From: Eledone cirrhosa | Lineage: Eukaryota | Assembly: GCA_964016885.1 (NCBI GenBank) | Contig: CAXHJY010001725.1 | Location: 1-25,069, forward strand | Reading direction: 5' to 3' | Length of the DNA: 25,069 nucleotides | Program-made: the position numbers and the translations under genes | Shown here: positions 10,740-21,791 of the stretch, piece by piece | Numbering within the stretch: position 1 is the stretch's first letter | How the letters are laid out: every line of letters starts with the position of its first letter | The notes under the pieces: model-generated | Database searches by the model: none | What the model saw: the letters and a program-made list of their open reading frames with translations, nothing else | Told to the model about the DNA's origin: nothing

Positions 10740-11390
10740 GACACTAGACTGATAGTGGTGGTGGTGGTGGTTATGGTGGTGGTGGTGGTGGTGGTGGTGG
10801 TGATTATAGTGGTGGTGGTGGTGGTGACACTAGACTGATGGTGGTGGTGGTGGTGGTTATGGTGGTGGTGGTGGTGGTGATTATAGTGGTGGTGGTGGTG
10901 GTGACACTAGACTGATGGTGGTGGTGGTGGTGGTGGTTATGGTGGTGGTGGTGGTGGTGGTTATGGTGGTGGTGGTGGTTATGGTGGTGGTGGTGATTAT
11001 AGTGGTGGTGGTGGTGGTGGTGATTATAGTGGTGGTGGTGGTGGTGGTGGTTATGGTGGTGGTGACACTAGACTGATGGTGGTGGTGGTGGTGGTGGTGG
11101 TGACACTAGACTGATGGTGGTGGTGGTGGTGGTGGTGGTGGTGGTGGTGACACTAGACTGATGGTGGTGGTGGTAGTGGTGGTGGTGACACTAGACTGAT
11201 GGTGGTGGTGGTGGTGGTGGTGACACTAGACTGGCGGTGGTGGTGGTGGTGACACTAGACTGGTGGTGGTGGTGGTGGTATAGGGTGGTGACAGAGGTGG
11301 TGGTGGTGGAGACTGCAGTGGCGGTGGTCGTGGTATAGGGTGGTGACAGAGGTGGTGGTGGTGGAGACTGCAGTGGCGGTGGTGGTGTAG
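10740..11390. repeat. (GGT)n-based minisatellite with GACACTAGACTGAT and GATTATAGT units
   Basis: Read directly. Confidence 0.92.
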
Positions 11391-11583
11391 GGTGTAGAGA
11401 GGTGGTGTTAGTAGTGTGGGGTGACGACTGCAGTGTTCGTGGTGGTGGCGGTAACTGTGGTTATGTTGTCGGTGATGATGCTGTGATCTTGTGGGAGCAA
11501 GTTATGGTGTGTTGACGGTAGTGGTGTTGTTTGGGGCTTTGTACTGATGTCTTCTTCTTCTTCTTATTATTATTATTATTATT

Positions 11584-13332
11584 GTTCTTTGAGTCTCAGT
11601 CATTGATGTTAGTTAACTGGAAAGTTTGTTGAAATGAATATCAAGCCACTACCTGCAGCCTCAGATATTCAGGACGTATCGGAGGGTTCTTGCTGTTCCC
11701 AGCAAGCATGCCTTTTGAAGCGTTCCAAAAAGCGTGGCGGAGCCAATTTTCTTTAACCATCCCTGGAAACTTTTCGAGATAGTACCTAGTGCGCCCATGA
11801 CAATCGGGACCACTTTGACTTCATGGCAGTTCCAAATCCTTTTTACCTCCCACTTTAAGTCCTGGTGTCGGTTAATTTTCTTCCTCTCCTTCTCTTGCAC
11901 TCTCGTGTCGAATGGCCAGGCCACATCCACAATTAGGCACGATCTTTTTTCCTTGTCCAAAACCACCAGGTCAGGCCTATTGTATTCCAGTTTCTTCTCC
12001 GTCTGTATCCTAAAATCCCACAACACCTTCACCTGATCGTTTTCTATCACCGACTCTGGCTTATGCTCATACCACTTCTCAGAATGTGGTAAATTGTTTA
12101 CTTTGCATAGGTGCCAGTGGATCACCCTGCCCATCACATCATGTCTCCAGCCCTTATAGTGAGTCTGGGCTAGGTGTTTACACTCGGATACAATGTGAGC
12201 CACAGTCTCCTCTCTCTCTCTCCACGGATCCTGCACAGTGGGCTAGTCTCCTCCTTGTAAATATGGTGTTTCAACCACTTCGTTTTGAGGGCCTGCCCTT
12301 GCGCAGCCATTAACATTCCTTCTGTAGCCTTTTTAAGGTCTCCAGTTCCATGTCTGTGGATCTCTGAATTCAGTTTTCTCAAAGAAGGTACTATGAAGGG
12401 ATTTTTCATGAAGGCTGCTCTTTCTCCTTGTTGTTATTTCCTCCTTGGACATCCCCTGGTCTATTGTCCTCTCCTTCAGTACAATTCTGAGCATTGGCTC
12501 CTTACTATCAGTCACGTATTTGTGTAGGTTGTTTTTCTCCATCTGAACACAGTCCTCTATGCTGATAAGACCTCTTCCACCTTCAGATCTCCTTAAGTAG
12601 AGTCTATCGACATCACTCCTCTTGTGGAACATGTTGTAGATAGTCAATAGCTTCCTAGTCTTCCTATCCATTTCTTTTTGTTCAGCAACATTCCATCTCA
12701 GAATTCCCGCACTGTACCTAATAATAGACACAGCTCGGGAATTTACTGCACTTATTGCATTCCTACTGTTCAGATGTGATTTTAATACGCTCCTTACTCT
12801 CCGAATGTATTCAGATCTTATCAATTCCTTCATTTTTTTGTTCTTGATGTCATCAGCCTCCAGAACACCCAAATACTTCTATCCTTCTTCAGTGTCAATT
12901 TCCTTTATCATCTCACCTGTTGGTACCTGGATTCCGTTGCTTCTACTCAATTTACCCCTCTTCATCACAAGGACTCCACACTTACTAATACCAAATTGCA
13001 TACATATATCATTGCTGAAAATACGGACAGTGTCAACAAGCACATCCAACTCCTTCTCACTCTTCCCGAAGAGCTTAAGATCGTCCATGAAGAGGAGGTG
13101 ATTGATGGTAAGCTCTCCCTTTCCCAACTTGTATCCTGCTCTCACTTTTCGCAGTATAATGGTCAGGGGCATCAGGGCAAGGACAAACAACAGAGGGGAC
13201 AGACTATCTCCCTGGAAGATACCTCTCTTGATCTTCACGCCTCCCAAGGATTCTCCAGCTGATGTTAACTCTGTTTTCCAGGACTTCATACTTTTGCTCA
13301 ACAACTGGCTGATGTTATCTGCCACCTTGAAG
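11584..13332 (-). mobile_element. 5'-truncated Dong/R4-clade non-LTR retrotransposon inserted in (TAA)n
   Basis: RT motifs GIFQGDSLSPLLF and HLLFMDDLKLF, RLYLRRSEGGRGL, a decayed CCHC knuckle, RHD and RLE motif RPDLVV...DVAWP. (TTA)n flanks it at 11564-11583 and 13333-13359. Confidence 0.92.
11661..13332 (-). pseudogene. Disrupted RT-RLE polyprotein (C-terminal part)
   Basis: Split over ORFs 12879-13388, 12333-12872, 12170-12409 and 11661-12236 by an in-frame TAG (12879-12881, just before KYLG) and by frameshifts. Confidence 0.9.
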
Positions 13333-13486
13333 ATTATTATTATTATTATTATTATTATTCCTGAGAGGGTCGTGGGGACCTCAAACACTCCTTCCAGCGG
13401 GTCCTGTCACAAGCAACTGCAGTGTCACAGGAGACACATGTTCTATAATCTCCATTGTCAAGTCTATTTCTATACACATTGTTATC

Positions 13487-13702
13487 GCAGCTCAGGTGAC
13501 CAAGGTGGACTTGATCAGGGTGTGATAGTTGCGGTTCCTCTGCACCTATTGTAATGGTTCAGTGAAGTTATTGATGTCACAGCATAGGTGACTATTGTCG
13601 TCTTAATCTGGGTGTGACAGTTGAGATTTCATTGCACATATTGTAATGGTTCAGTGAACTTATTGATGTCACAGTTCAGCTGATCAAGGTGGACTTGATC
13701 AG
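13487..13702. repeat. ~92-bp diverged tandem repeat, ~2.3 copies
   Basis: tattgtaatggttcagtgaa.ttattgatgtcacag at ~13547 and ~13639, with caaggtggacttgatcag at both ends. Confidence 0.8.
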
Positions 13703-13868
13703 TTTGATGGCTTTGGTATGTGGTAATTTATGTTTGTTGTGGAACCATGTTCTTTGGGTTACTTAAATAGTATTAAAGAAGTAATGCGACAGTGCTTTGT
13801 GAATGGAAGGCGTGTGTGAGTATGACTGACTGTTAGACTAAACCAGTGAGTATGGCTGACTGTTAGAC

Positions 13869-14032
13869 TATTTTTGACCGGTGGTCAGTCAATGTTAAAC
13901 ATTGAGACCGGATGATTTAACTGTGAAGATATAAAAGTTACAGAGGCGAAAACCAACCAAATAGTGTGTGTGTTTTGTTATTATTTCTGGCAATATTATT
14001 ACAACAATATGACTCTCCCCAAGTATAATAAT
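13869..14032 (+). repeat. Unclassified dispersed repeat, homologous to 1385-1553
   Basis: Same shared blocks as 1385-1553. Confidence 0.85.
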
Positions 14033-14116
14033 ATTTGTTTCGACACACGATTTCATATCAAAAACCTCGCAAAACAAATTCATCGCCATTATATATATAT
14101 AACTGGATAATGGCCG

Positions 14117-14299
14117 TGGATTGGCAGTATCGGTAGAGGGTCGGACGCCATGCTTTCCAGCATAGTTACGTCCCTTTACGATCTGAGTTCAAATCCCGCC
14201 GAGGTTGACTTTGCCTTTCATCCTTACGGGGTCGATAAAATAAAGTACCAGTAATGCACTGGATAATTGCTGGCCTTGTGCCTAAAGTAGAAACAATTA
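14117..14299 (+). mobile_element. tRNA-derived SINE, copy 5
   Basis: Essentially identical to 5608-5790. I see one substitution (gggtaatt vs ggataatt). Confidence 0.92.
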
Positions 14300-14419
14300 T
14301 ATATATATAACCTGAGGGCGGTCGACGCAGCTACAAGTCGCTAAAATACCGGCCGCCCTCTTGTCTCTGATTTAAACACCAAGGATTTTTATCTGGTATA
14401 TTCCTTCGTTATATTTTAA

Positions 14420-14481
14420 ATTATCTGATGATGTCACTGGATTCATACTGAACCCGGTCATTGAAATGATCATGGTATAAT
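14420..14481 (+). ncRNA. Degenerate type I hammerhead motif
   Basis: CUGAUGA 14425-14431, hairpin acuggauuca-uac-ugaacccggu, GAAA 14463-14466, palindromic stem III AUGAUCAU. G occupies the cleavage position and stem I is offset. Confidence 0.55.
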
Positions 14482-14525
14482 AAACCTTTCAAGGATTTAC
14501 ACCAGTCCAGCCTCCTGTTATTTTG

Positions 14526-14526
<1 letters not shown>

Positions 14527-14608
<82 letters not shown>

Positions 14609-14696
14609 GATATATATATATATCATATATATACGATATATATATATATCATATATATATATATATATATACGATATATATATATATATATATACG

Positions 14697-14727
<31 letters not shown>

Positions 14728-14939
14728 ATATATATATATATACGATATATATATATATATATATATACGATATATATATATATATATATATACGATATAT
14801 ATATATATATATGATATATATATATATATACGATATATATATATATATATATATACGATATATATATATACGATATATATATATATATATATACGATATA
14901 TATATATATATATACGATATATATATATATATATATATA

Positions 14940-14977
<38 letters not shown>

Positions 14978-15067
14978 GATATATATATATACGATATATA
15001 TATATATATACACGATATATATATATACGATATATATATATATATATATATACGATATATATATATA

Positions 15068-15109
<42 letters not shown>

Positions 15110-15300
15110 GATATATATATATATACGATATATATATATATATATATATACGATATATATATATATATATATACGATATATATATATATATATATATATA
15201 TACGATATATATATATATATATATATACGATATATATATATATATATATATACGATATATATATATATATACGATATATATTATATATATATATATTATA
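14527..15300. repeat. (TA)n tract punctuated by CG or TG (tatacgata units)
   Basis: Read directly. Confidence 0.95.
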
Positions 15301-15721
15301 CTTACATACATGCATACATATACAGAGAGACAAAGATAAACAGACAACTAGAGCACAGTCACGCAACTATATAACAAAACCATTCATGTGTGTGTGTGTG
15401 AAGAAATAAGCGTGCCTGCGTTTGTAGTGTATCCTACAAAAGTGTCATCTTCTATGTGGGAGGTGTGTTTATGTTTTCACGCATGTGTGCTTACACATGG
15501 CCGTTTGTCAATGTGTTGGAGTGCATGAGTATGCGTGATTGATGGTGTGTGTGTGTAGGTTGGGTGTATGTGTGTATGTGAGTAAATGTGTATTTGTGTC
15601 AGTCGGTGTTTGTAGTAGTAGTGGTAGTAGTAGTAGTGGTGGTGTTAGTGGTAGTAGTAGTAAAAGAAGAGAGAAAACAATAAATGCATTAAATAATGAG
15701 GCAAGAGAATGAGGGAGGAGT

Positions 15722-15836
15722 AACTCTACACCCCCTGGTTACGTGGTATATCCCAGCTGCACTACATGGACAAGATAACGAAGCCTCGGAGGAGAAGAGC
15801 CAGTGACACCCGCTGCATGAACCACTCACCCTCCTC
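15722..15836 (-). mobile_element. 3' fragment of a probable CRE-like non-LTR retrotransposon
   Basis: Minus translation of 15836-15762 is EEGEWFMQRVSLALLLRGFVILSM*. Homologous to 8575-8667. Confidence 0.55.
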
Positions 15837-16112
15837 ACTTCATATCCATCATCCGTATATACCACGTTCGGTACTATAGCCTCTAGCGGCTCAGAAAATA
15901 ATTCAGTTTCAACTATAATTCGGCGGATTCAGCTTTTACTATACCCTTAATAAAGTTGACTCGTCTCTGATCAATACCGCCGATCGTACCGGATCGATTG
16001 TACAAAAGCTTTTAAGTCTTGATGTGTACCCCTGTTTACCTTACTTTGAATAAACATATGTCCATTAACACAGACAAATAAAGCTCAGACAAGTCACTGT
16101 TTATAATCGGTG

Positions 16113-16153
<41 letters not shown>

Positions 16154-16425
16154 TAAAAAACAATGCATAAAAACAAAGAAACAGTTCCTTATATTAAAAA
16201 ATTCATCATTTTACGATCGTTTCTATTTTTGAATACATATTTTCTTTTCACGATATTTGGATTTCATTGAGTTCTTCATACGGATTGGACACTACCGTAT
16301 ATTTTGGTAGATTTATCTACATATATATATATATATAAAAGACGTAAAATACAAAAATGTGGAACAATTATATGAAAGACGTAAAATAAGAAAATTATAA
16401 TAATTAACTTACTTACTTAATTTTC

Positions 16426-16503
16426 ACTCCAACTAATTAGTTTCTGAAAGGGGATATACATAGTGTTCAAAACCATGGACAATTCATTTCTTCATCAAGG
16501 AGT
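16426..16503 (-). ncRNA. Type I hammerhead motif with a C3-to-U core change
   Basis: Minus strand reads acucc-UUGAUGA-(long stem II)-GAAA-cuaauuag-UU-ggagu. Confidence 0.7.
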
Positions 16504-17005
16504 CAATTCTCTGTTAAGATCCCAGGCGATAGGCGGACACAGGGATCTCAAACAAAAATAATTCAGTGAATGGAAAAGAAGCAAGCGCGGACTAAATTTC
16601 AAGACACTTTCATATAATTGTTCTACATTTTTGTATTGAACCACAAAGTTACTAAGACAAAACCTATATCTTGCTAGCATAAGTATACTTCTGTATAAAT
16701 ATGTTGGTAGATATACTAATTCTTTATAATTATCTCCAAATTATTTGTTGAGCAAAAATTCGCCTGAATTACGGCTATGATTCATAGTAGTATTTTGGCT
16801 ACTGTCTTTTTAACACCTCCTCCTCCTCACTGATTAACCTCGATGTCACGTGATTGATTCTTTTGAATTTGCCACTGCCCGGGAAGGTAGTGAAATTTTC
16901 AGTGTCTTGAAATTTAGTCCGCGCTTGCTTCTTTTCCATTCACTGAATTATTTTTGTTTGAGATCCCTGTGTCCGCCTATCGCCTGGGATCTTAGCAGAG
17001 AATTG

Positions 17006-17083
17006 ACTTCCTGATCAAGAAAGGAATTCTCCATAGCTTTGAACACTATGTATATCCCCTTTCAGAAACTAATTAGTTGGAGT
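17006..17083 (+). ncRNA. Type I hammerhead motif with a G8-to-C core change
   Basis: acuuc-CUGAUCA (17011-17017), stem II gaaagg/ccuuuc plus cauag/cuaug, GAAA (17065-17068), cuaauuag-UU-ggagu. Confidence 0.7.
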
Positions 17084-17247
17084 GAAACTTAAGTAAGTAA
17101 GTTAATTATTATAATTTTCTTATTTTACGTCTTTCATCTAATTGTTCTATATTTTTGTATTGAACCACAAAGTTACTAAGACAAAACCTATATCTTGCTA
17201 GCATAAGTATACTTCTGTATAAATATGTTGGTAGATATACTAATTCT

Positions 17248-17278
<31 letters not shown>

Positions 17279-17368
17279 TCAGGAAAGAAGAGTGACACGG
17301 TTTGCTATACAAAAAAGGTTTTTGGACTACACTTAAGTGGACTACCTATAACAATAATTTGTTACCCC

Positions 17369-17411
<43 letters not shown>

Positions 17412-17414
<3 letters not shown>

Positions 17415-17620
17415 CCTTCCACCGTTTTTCCTCCATTTTCTCCCCTCCCCCCCCCCTTTTTCTAAATGTCTCTCCACCACTCCCTCACACACCCCTCTTC
17501 CCACCCACTTTTCGCCTGAAGAAGGGCTTATGCCCGAAACGTCCCCCCCCCCACTCAAGAGCGTGAAACTAATAAACCTTTGTTTGTACTGCCTCTCTGT
17601 TTTTGTTCCCGTTCCAGTTT

Positions 17621-17625
<5 letters not shown>
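17412..17625 (+). mobile_element. Short (TA)n-embedded PLE pLTR-like element
   Basis: Pyrimidine-rich head, minimal hammerhead, AATAAA at 17571-17576, tail homologous to 1581-1660, (TA)n on both sides. Confidence 0.7.
17509..17543 (+). ncRNA. Minimal PLE-type hammerhead core
   Basis: CUGAAGA (17516-17522)-A-GGGC-uuau-GCCC-GAAA-CG-UC. The 3' strand of stem I is replaced by poly-C. Confidence 0.7.
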
Positions 17626-17679
<54 letters not shown>

Positions 17680-17752
17680 TCACATACCGAAACCGCAATG
17701 TCTGTTCCTCAAGATATACAAAAAGGAAAGAAAGACATCTCGATGTGTCTGC

Positions 17753-17825
17753 GATAAGACGACATTGACACCGATATAAGACGACCTTGACACCGATTTA
17801 ACACGACCTTGACACCGATATAAGA
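17753..17825. repeat. 22-bp tandem repeat, ~3.3 copies
   Basis: Unit ataagacgaccttgacaccgat. Confidence 0.88.
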
Positions 17826-17894
17826 ATATCTTGTAGATTTCCTGCATGTAAATTATGTCGTATATTTCTGATGTTTAACAGAATATATTATACT

Positions 17895-18128
17895 ATATAA
17901 GTGGAATATATATATAATATACTTATATATATATTATATAAGTGGAATATATAATATATAATATACTTATATATATTATATAAGTGGAATATATATATAT
18001 ATATATAATATACTTATATATATATTATATAAGTGGAATATATAATATATAATATACTTATATATATTATATAAGTGGAATATATATATATATATAATAT
18101 ACTTATATATATATTATATAAGTGGAAT
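17895..18128. repeat. AT-rich minisatellite, ~42-50 bp unit with aagtggaa core, 6 cores
   Basis: tataagtggaata...aatatacttatatatatat repeated. Confidence 0.9.
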
Positions 18129-18380
18129 AAATTTTATTTTCTATATTTCCCTATTGTTTCTTTCCTTGTGTTTCCCCTTTTTAAAACTGTTTCTTACTAA
18201 ATAAGGTTTCTTTGTTTTGTATTCATTTGATTAAAATTATTTTCAATATGAAAATATAATTTGTAATATGAAAATATAATTTGTAATATGAAAATACAAT
18301 TTTCAATTAGAAACTAAAAAAAAAAGAAATCTGAGCTGTTTTCATTTTTACCAGATTTTGAGAAAATCTAACAAATAAGT

Positions 18381-18835
18381 ACTGAGTGGGTCAATTGCTG
18401 ACCTGGAGGAAGTGAGTAGGGGTGGGTACTACTGAGGGGGTCAATTGCTGACCTGGAGGAAGTGAGTAGGGGTGGGTACTACTGAGGGGGTCAGTTGCTG
18501 ACCAGTAGGAAGTGAGTAGCGGTGGGTACTACTGAGGGGGTCAATTGCTGACCTGTAGAAAGTGAGTAGGGTTGGGTACTATTGAGAGGGTCAGTTGCTG
18601 ACCTGTAGAAAGTGAGTAGGGTTGGGTACTACTGAGGGGGTCAGTTGCTGACCTGTATGAAGTGAGTAGGGGTGGGTACTACTGAGGGGGTCAATTGCTG
18701 ACCTGTAGGAAGTGAGTAGGGGCGGGTACTACTGAGGGGGTCAATTGCTGACCTGTAGGAAGTGGGTAGAGGCGGGTAGTACTAATATGCAACTGAGGGG
18801 GACAATTGCTGACCTGTAGGAAATGAGGGCGGGTG
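18381..18835. repeat. 50-bp G-rich minisatellite, ~9 copies
   Basis: Unit actgagggggtcaattgctgacctgtaggaagtgagtaggggtgggtact starts every 50 bp from 18381 to 18731, with a diverged copy at 18792. Confidence 0.95.
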
Positions 18836-19058
18836 TTGGCGGTATTGAATTTTGCTCTCTCTGTTTAAATATGCATTAAATTCACAAACACTCACATATT
18901 TCTGTGTTTCTTCCGTTATTTCTCATTCTATCTTCTGGTGAAGAACTAGTGCCAGAAAGACTTTTCCTACCATATCAAGCGTTAAACTAATCTATACCTT
19001 GATAGTACTGTATCGTTTGTTGAGTTGCTTTCCGTTCACGTTTCGCATACACACACAA

Positions 19059-19090
<32 letters not shown>

Positions 19091-19794
19091 CTGTGTTGCG
19101 TACTTTGAAGACACTCAAGCCGTTATTTCGACTGACATTCAATTCATTTTAGATAATAATTCTGTCAGACTTTGTTTTATTGTATTTTTATCTTTCGATG
19201 GTGAAACTCGCCATAAAAACTACACAGATTCCAGTCACAATAGTGCAAGTGTATTGTAAATACAGGCAGAAAACCAACAGAGCTGATCCTCCCACGACCA
19301 TCACACACGAGCCACCAAGTGGTCACCCGATCTGTCAGAAACCGCTACCTAATCTCCCTCAAATCACACCTTCTTCTTATTCGCCCACTTATTCCTGAGA
19401 GGATCGTGGAGGGCAAGAGTCCTCACACCTTTCTATCATAAATATGAATTTAATTTAACCGTAGATAAATCTTGTCTGAGTTCTAAAGAGGATGGGCTGT
19501 ACATAATGGCTGAGGAGGCACCTTTGATCCTTGGTCAGTAGTAAGAATGTTAACCTCGTGTTTTACACAGATAAAAAACATTGGAACGCACAACAGAGAA
19601 ACTACAAATCAATGAAGACAACTAACTACCATTTTCTGCTGAGCCACACTTTGGCTGATGTCCATACACGGAACAAACGCGCTACCTAAGATTTCAAGGG
19701 ACCACCTCCCCAGATTGTAAGAGAGATCAAACCTGTGACCTAGTCATCAGGCGTTTCGAGGATTTTGAAGACATCGTTAAACCTTCCAAGTAAT

Positions 19795-20006
19795 GGTTTC
19801 TTATATAGGCACAAAGCCAGCAATTGGGGGGAGGGGAAAGCCGATTAAATCGACCCCAGTGCGTGACTGGTACTTTTATTTTATCGACCCCGTAAGGACG
19901 AAAGTGGAAAGTTAACAAAGGCGGGATTTTAACTCAGATCATAAAGGGCCGTAACTCTATGCTGCAAAGCATGTTGTCTGACCCTCTACCGATACTGCCA
20001 ATCCAC
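19795..20006 (-). mobile_element. tRNA-derived SINE, copy 6, with a 16-bp target-site duplication
   Basis: Same family as copies 1-5. TSD aaaccttccaagtaat at 19779-19794 and 20007-20022. Confidence 0.92.
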
Positions 20007-20100
20007 AAACCTTCCAAGTAATCTTAATATTTACCTTTCTGTATACACACTGAGGGCTTTTTCAGTAGTGTTTACAATCCATTATTCGGAGAACTATATA

Positions 20101-20195
20101 CAGTGGAACCTCGGTTCACAAACACCTCTCACCACGAACAAAACGATTGACGAACAATTTTTCTGAACATAAAACGTTTCGGTTAGCGAATAAAA
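20101..20195 (+). mobile_element. Tigger/pogo-like DNA transposon terminus (single end)
   Basis: TA followed by CAGTGGAACCTCGGTT and repeated cgaac-like subterminal motifs. No partner TIR was seen. Confidence 0.6.
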
Positions 20196-20736
20196 CCACC
20201 AAAACTCCAAGATGGTGAGATGTGAGAAAAAGAATCATACCGCATCGGTGGCTTAAAAAGGGACACGTTTAGACCTTAGATAGAGGGGCCTGTTGGACAA
20301 ATATATTGCAGTCTCCATTTCATACCTTAAAAATTGGCGATGGGCCTACGACGTATATATGACAGTAAAAGTAATAAATAAAACACTATTATATCGAAAG
20401 ATAATGCTAAAATTTGGCACCTCCATTCTCCTTTGTCCTACCCACTTTTTTCCAATTATTCCAAGGAGTGAAAACAAAAGCAAATGATTGTTTACAACAT
20501 TACCTGATACATAATTACGTCTATTGGCAGAGAATCTATCATTGTTCATCTTAACACATCCAATTAGAAGTTCCCTTTTTTTGTCTCCCAAATGCTTTGG
20601 TGTAAATATACTTTAGTAGTAGCAGTAGTAGTAGTAGCAGCAGCAGTATATGAGTTAAGGGCCGCGAACTGGTTTACCTTAACACTTGTACTCTTGTGTG
20701 TGAATAAGGATTGCTTCCAATTAGGGCGAAGTACAA

Positions 20737-20769
<33 letters not shown>

Positions 20770-20987
20770 TATATATATAATATATATATATATATACATA
20801 CACGCACGTGCGCGTGCTCACACACGTGTGTAGAAAAAATGAAAAATTGAAATAAAGACGATGAAGTGGAGGAATATGTTGATGATGATGATGTAGTGGT
20901 GGTGGTAATGGTGATGACGATGATGATGACAATATTTACGTTGATGTGAACAACTGTAAGTACTAATGCTAACACGCAGACAGACTG

Positions 20988-21018
<31 letters not shown>

Positions 21019-21046
21019 CACTCAGATATATATATATACACACACT

Positions 21047-21113
<67 letters not shown>

Positions 21114-21646
21114 ATATATACTCATATATATATATATATATATATACTCACTCATATATATATATATATACTGACTCATATATATATACTCACTCATATA
21201 TATATATATATATACTGACTCATATATATATACTCACTCATATATATATATATATATACTCACTCATATATATATATATACTCACTCATATATATATATA
21301 TATATACTCACTCATATATATATATATATACTCACTCATATATATATATATATATACTCACTCACATATATATATATATATACACACACTCTCACATATA
21401 TATACACACTCACACATATATATACACACACTCACACATAAATATACACACACTCTCACATATATATACACACACTCACATATATATATACACACACTCT
21501 CACATATATATATATATACACACACTCTCATATATATATATACACACACTCTCATATATATACACACACACTCACACATATACATATATACATATATATA
21601 TATATACACACACACACTCACACATATATATATATATACACACACA
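20988..21646. repeat. (TA)n/(CA)n compound microsatellite with ctcactca units
   Basis: Read directly. Confidence 0.93.
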
Positions 21647-21791
21647 GAACATGGCTATTTATTCTTCTCTGTAGTCTAAGTTATTTCCCACATGTCAATC
21701 ACTTCACTTTATTTTTACGTTTCTCTGTATTTTACTCCGAAATAGAAATTTAGCCTATTTTTTAAAAGTGCTTCTCTGAAGTTTGTTTATC

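Larger units (their letters stand above)
16348..17252 (+). mobile_element. Penelope-like insertion remnant with inverted and partial tandem pLTR
   Basis: 261-bp inverted repeat (16348-16608/16901-17161) plus a 122-bp direct repeat (16607-16728/17131-17252). Each inverted arm carries a hammerhead, and (TA)n lies on both sides. Confidence 0.75.

Noticed and set aside
10740-11270. Constant GACACTAGACTGAT units with variable spacers, suggesting a CRISPR array or a GGY-rich protein
   Set aside because: Spacers are only (GGT)n, there are no cas genes and the context is eukaryotic. The 14-nt unit shifts the frame, so no sustained Gly-rich ORF exists.
11734-13554. Plus-strand ORFs overlapping the LINE
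   Set aside because: Antisense shadows of the retrotransposon coding sequence.
15958-16018. CUGAUCA...cgauc/gaucg hairpin...AAAAGCUU as a decayed hammerhead
   Set aside because: It needs two core substitutions, and there is no second copy to reconstruct a consensus.
16730-16790. Short peptide YLLSKNSPEL reminiscent of the end of PLE GIY-YIG domains
   Set aside because: Too short and weak to support coding homology without a profile search.
19725-19760. Minus-strand GAAACGC-CUGAUGA
   Set aside because: Boxes are adjacent with no room for stems III and I, and no UH site or closing GAAA follows.
19150-19780. Unique-looking sequence with short ORFs and possible splice acceptors
   Set aside because: No recognisable domain or convincing donor/acceptor pair. 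A host exon or UTR cannot be excluded without RNA-seq.
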